Below, in pieces: positions 63,663 to 64,000 of a stretch of 64,000 bases of DNA. The stretch is from positions 8,026,273 to 8,090,272 of the forward strand of contig JAUZTB010000072.1 of the NCBI GenBank assembly GCA_034780895.1, written 5' to 3'. The DNA is from Rhynchobatus australiae. Its lineage: Eukaryota. How positions within the stretch are numbered: the first letter of the stretch is position 1; each line of letters opens with the position of its first letter. The notes beneath the pieces are model-generated. The model worked only from the letters and a program-made list of their open reading frames with translations, was not told the DNA's origin and did no database searches. Both the position numbers and the translations under genes were made by a program.

Positions 63663-64000
63663 ACTTTTCATGAATATGCATTCAGTTATGTGGCTGGAGC
63701 AGTGTTTAAAACAGCTAACTGAGAGCATAACGCACATCTGGATGGTGACCTTTACAGCTGTGTAAACTAAGCAACAGAGGGCGAGGCACTCAAGATGGGT
63801 CCCAAGACAGCAGGGCAGACTCACAGATGGCAGAAATAGTACAATTGACATCTGTGTAGAGAATTTAAAAACATCTGGATGTTTAACCACCCCCAGAATA
63901 CCTGCGACTGCATTACCTCAACTTTTCTGCTTTATGGGGGAGGGACATCTTATCTTTACCAACAGCTCTGAGGAGAACTGCTGGCGAGGTGGTCTTCCTG

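Noticed and set aside
50200-64000. Exons of a downstream neighbour gene (LRRC47 follows CEP104 in human, from recall)
   Set aside because: No recognisable coding exon or CpG island was seen; the region is dominated by repeats.

Overview
AT-rich vertebrate genomic DNA from a gapped assembly. The repeat families (HE1-type V-SINEs, esterase-ORF1 CR1 LINEs, Rex1/Babar-type LINEs, DeuSINE) point to a cartilaginous fish, probably a ray or shark. The only host gene I can support is the 3' half of CEP104 on the + strand: nine coding exons from 2500 to the TGA at 47387-47389, splicing into one 978-nt frame. It encodes the end of the TOG domain, a coiled coil, four C2HC zinc fingers and the SKIP (SxIP) EB-binding tail, followed by a putative 3' UTR. 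Almost all ORFs in the supplied track are spurious or are fragments of decayed transposons. The most interesting observations are: (i) many degenerate Penelope-type hammerhead-ribozyme-like motifs, including a head-to-head pair; (ii) three Harbinger/PIF transposase relics in one intron, one with a convergent Myb/SANT-like remnant; (iii) a CR1 copy with an internal inversion/deletion whose breakpoint carries a ~40-bp 3' tail of a different LINE; (iv) a V-SINE that carries a Rex-type tail and sits inside a Rex-type LINE; (v) a clean solo LTR with a 4-bp TSD; (vi) a hairpin over a tandem in-frame acceptor of the last CEP104 exon. I found no convincing new protein-coding system. Repeat boundaries are approximate, and family names come from recalled consensus similarity, not from a search.
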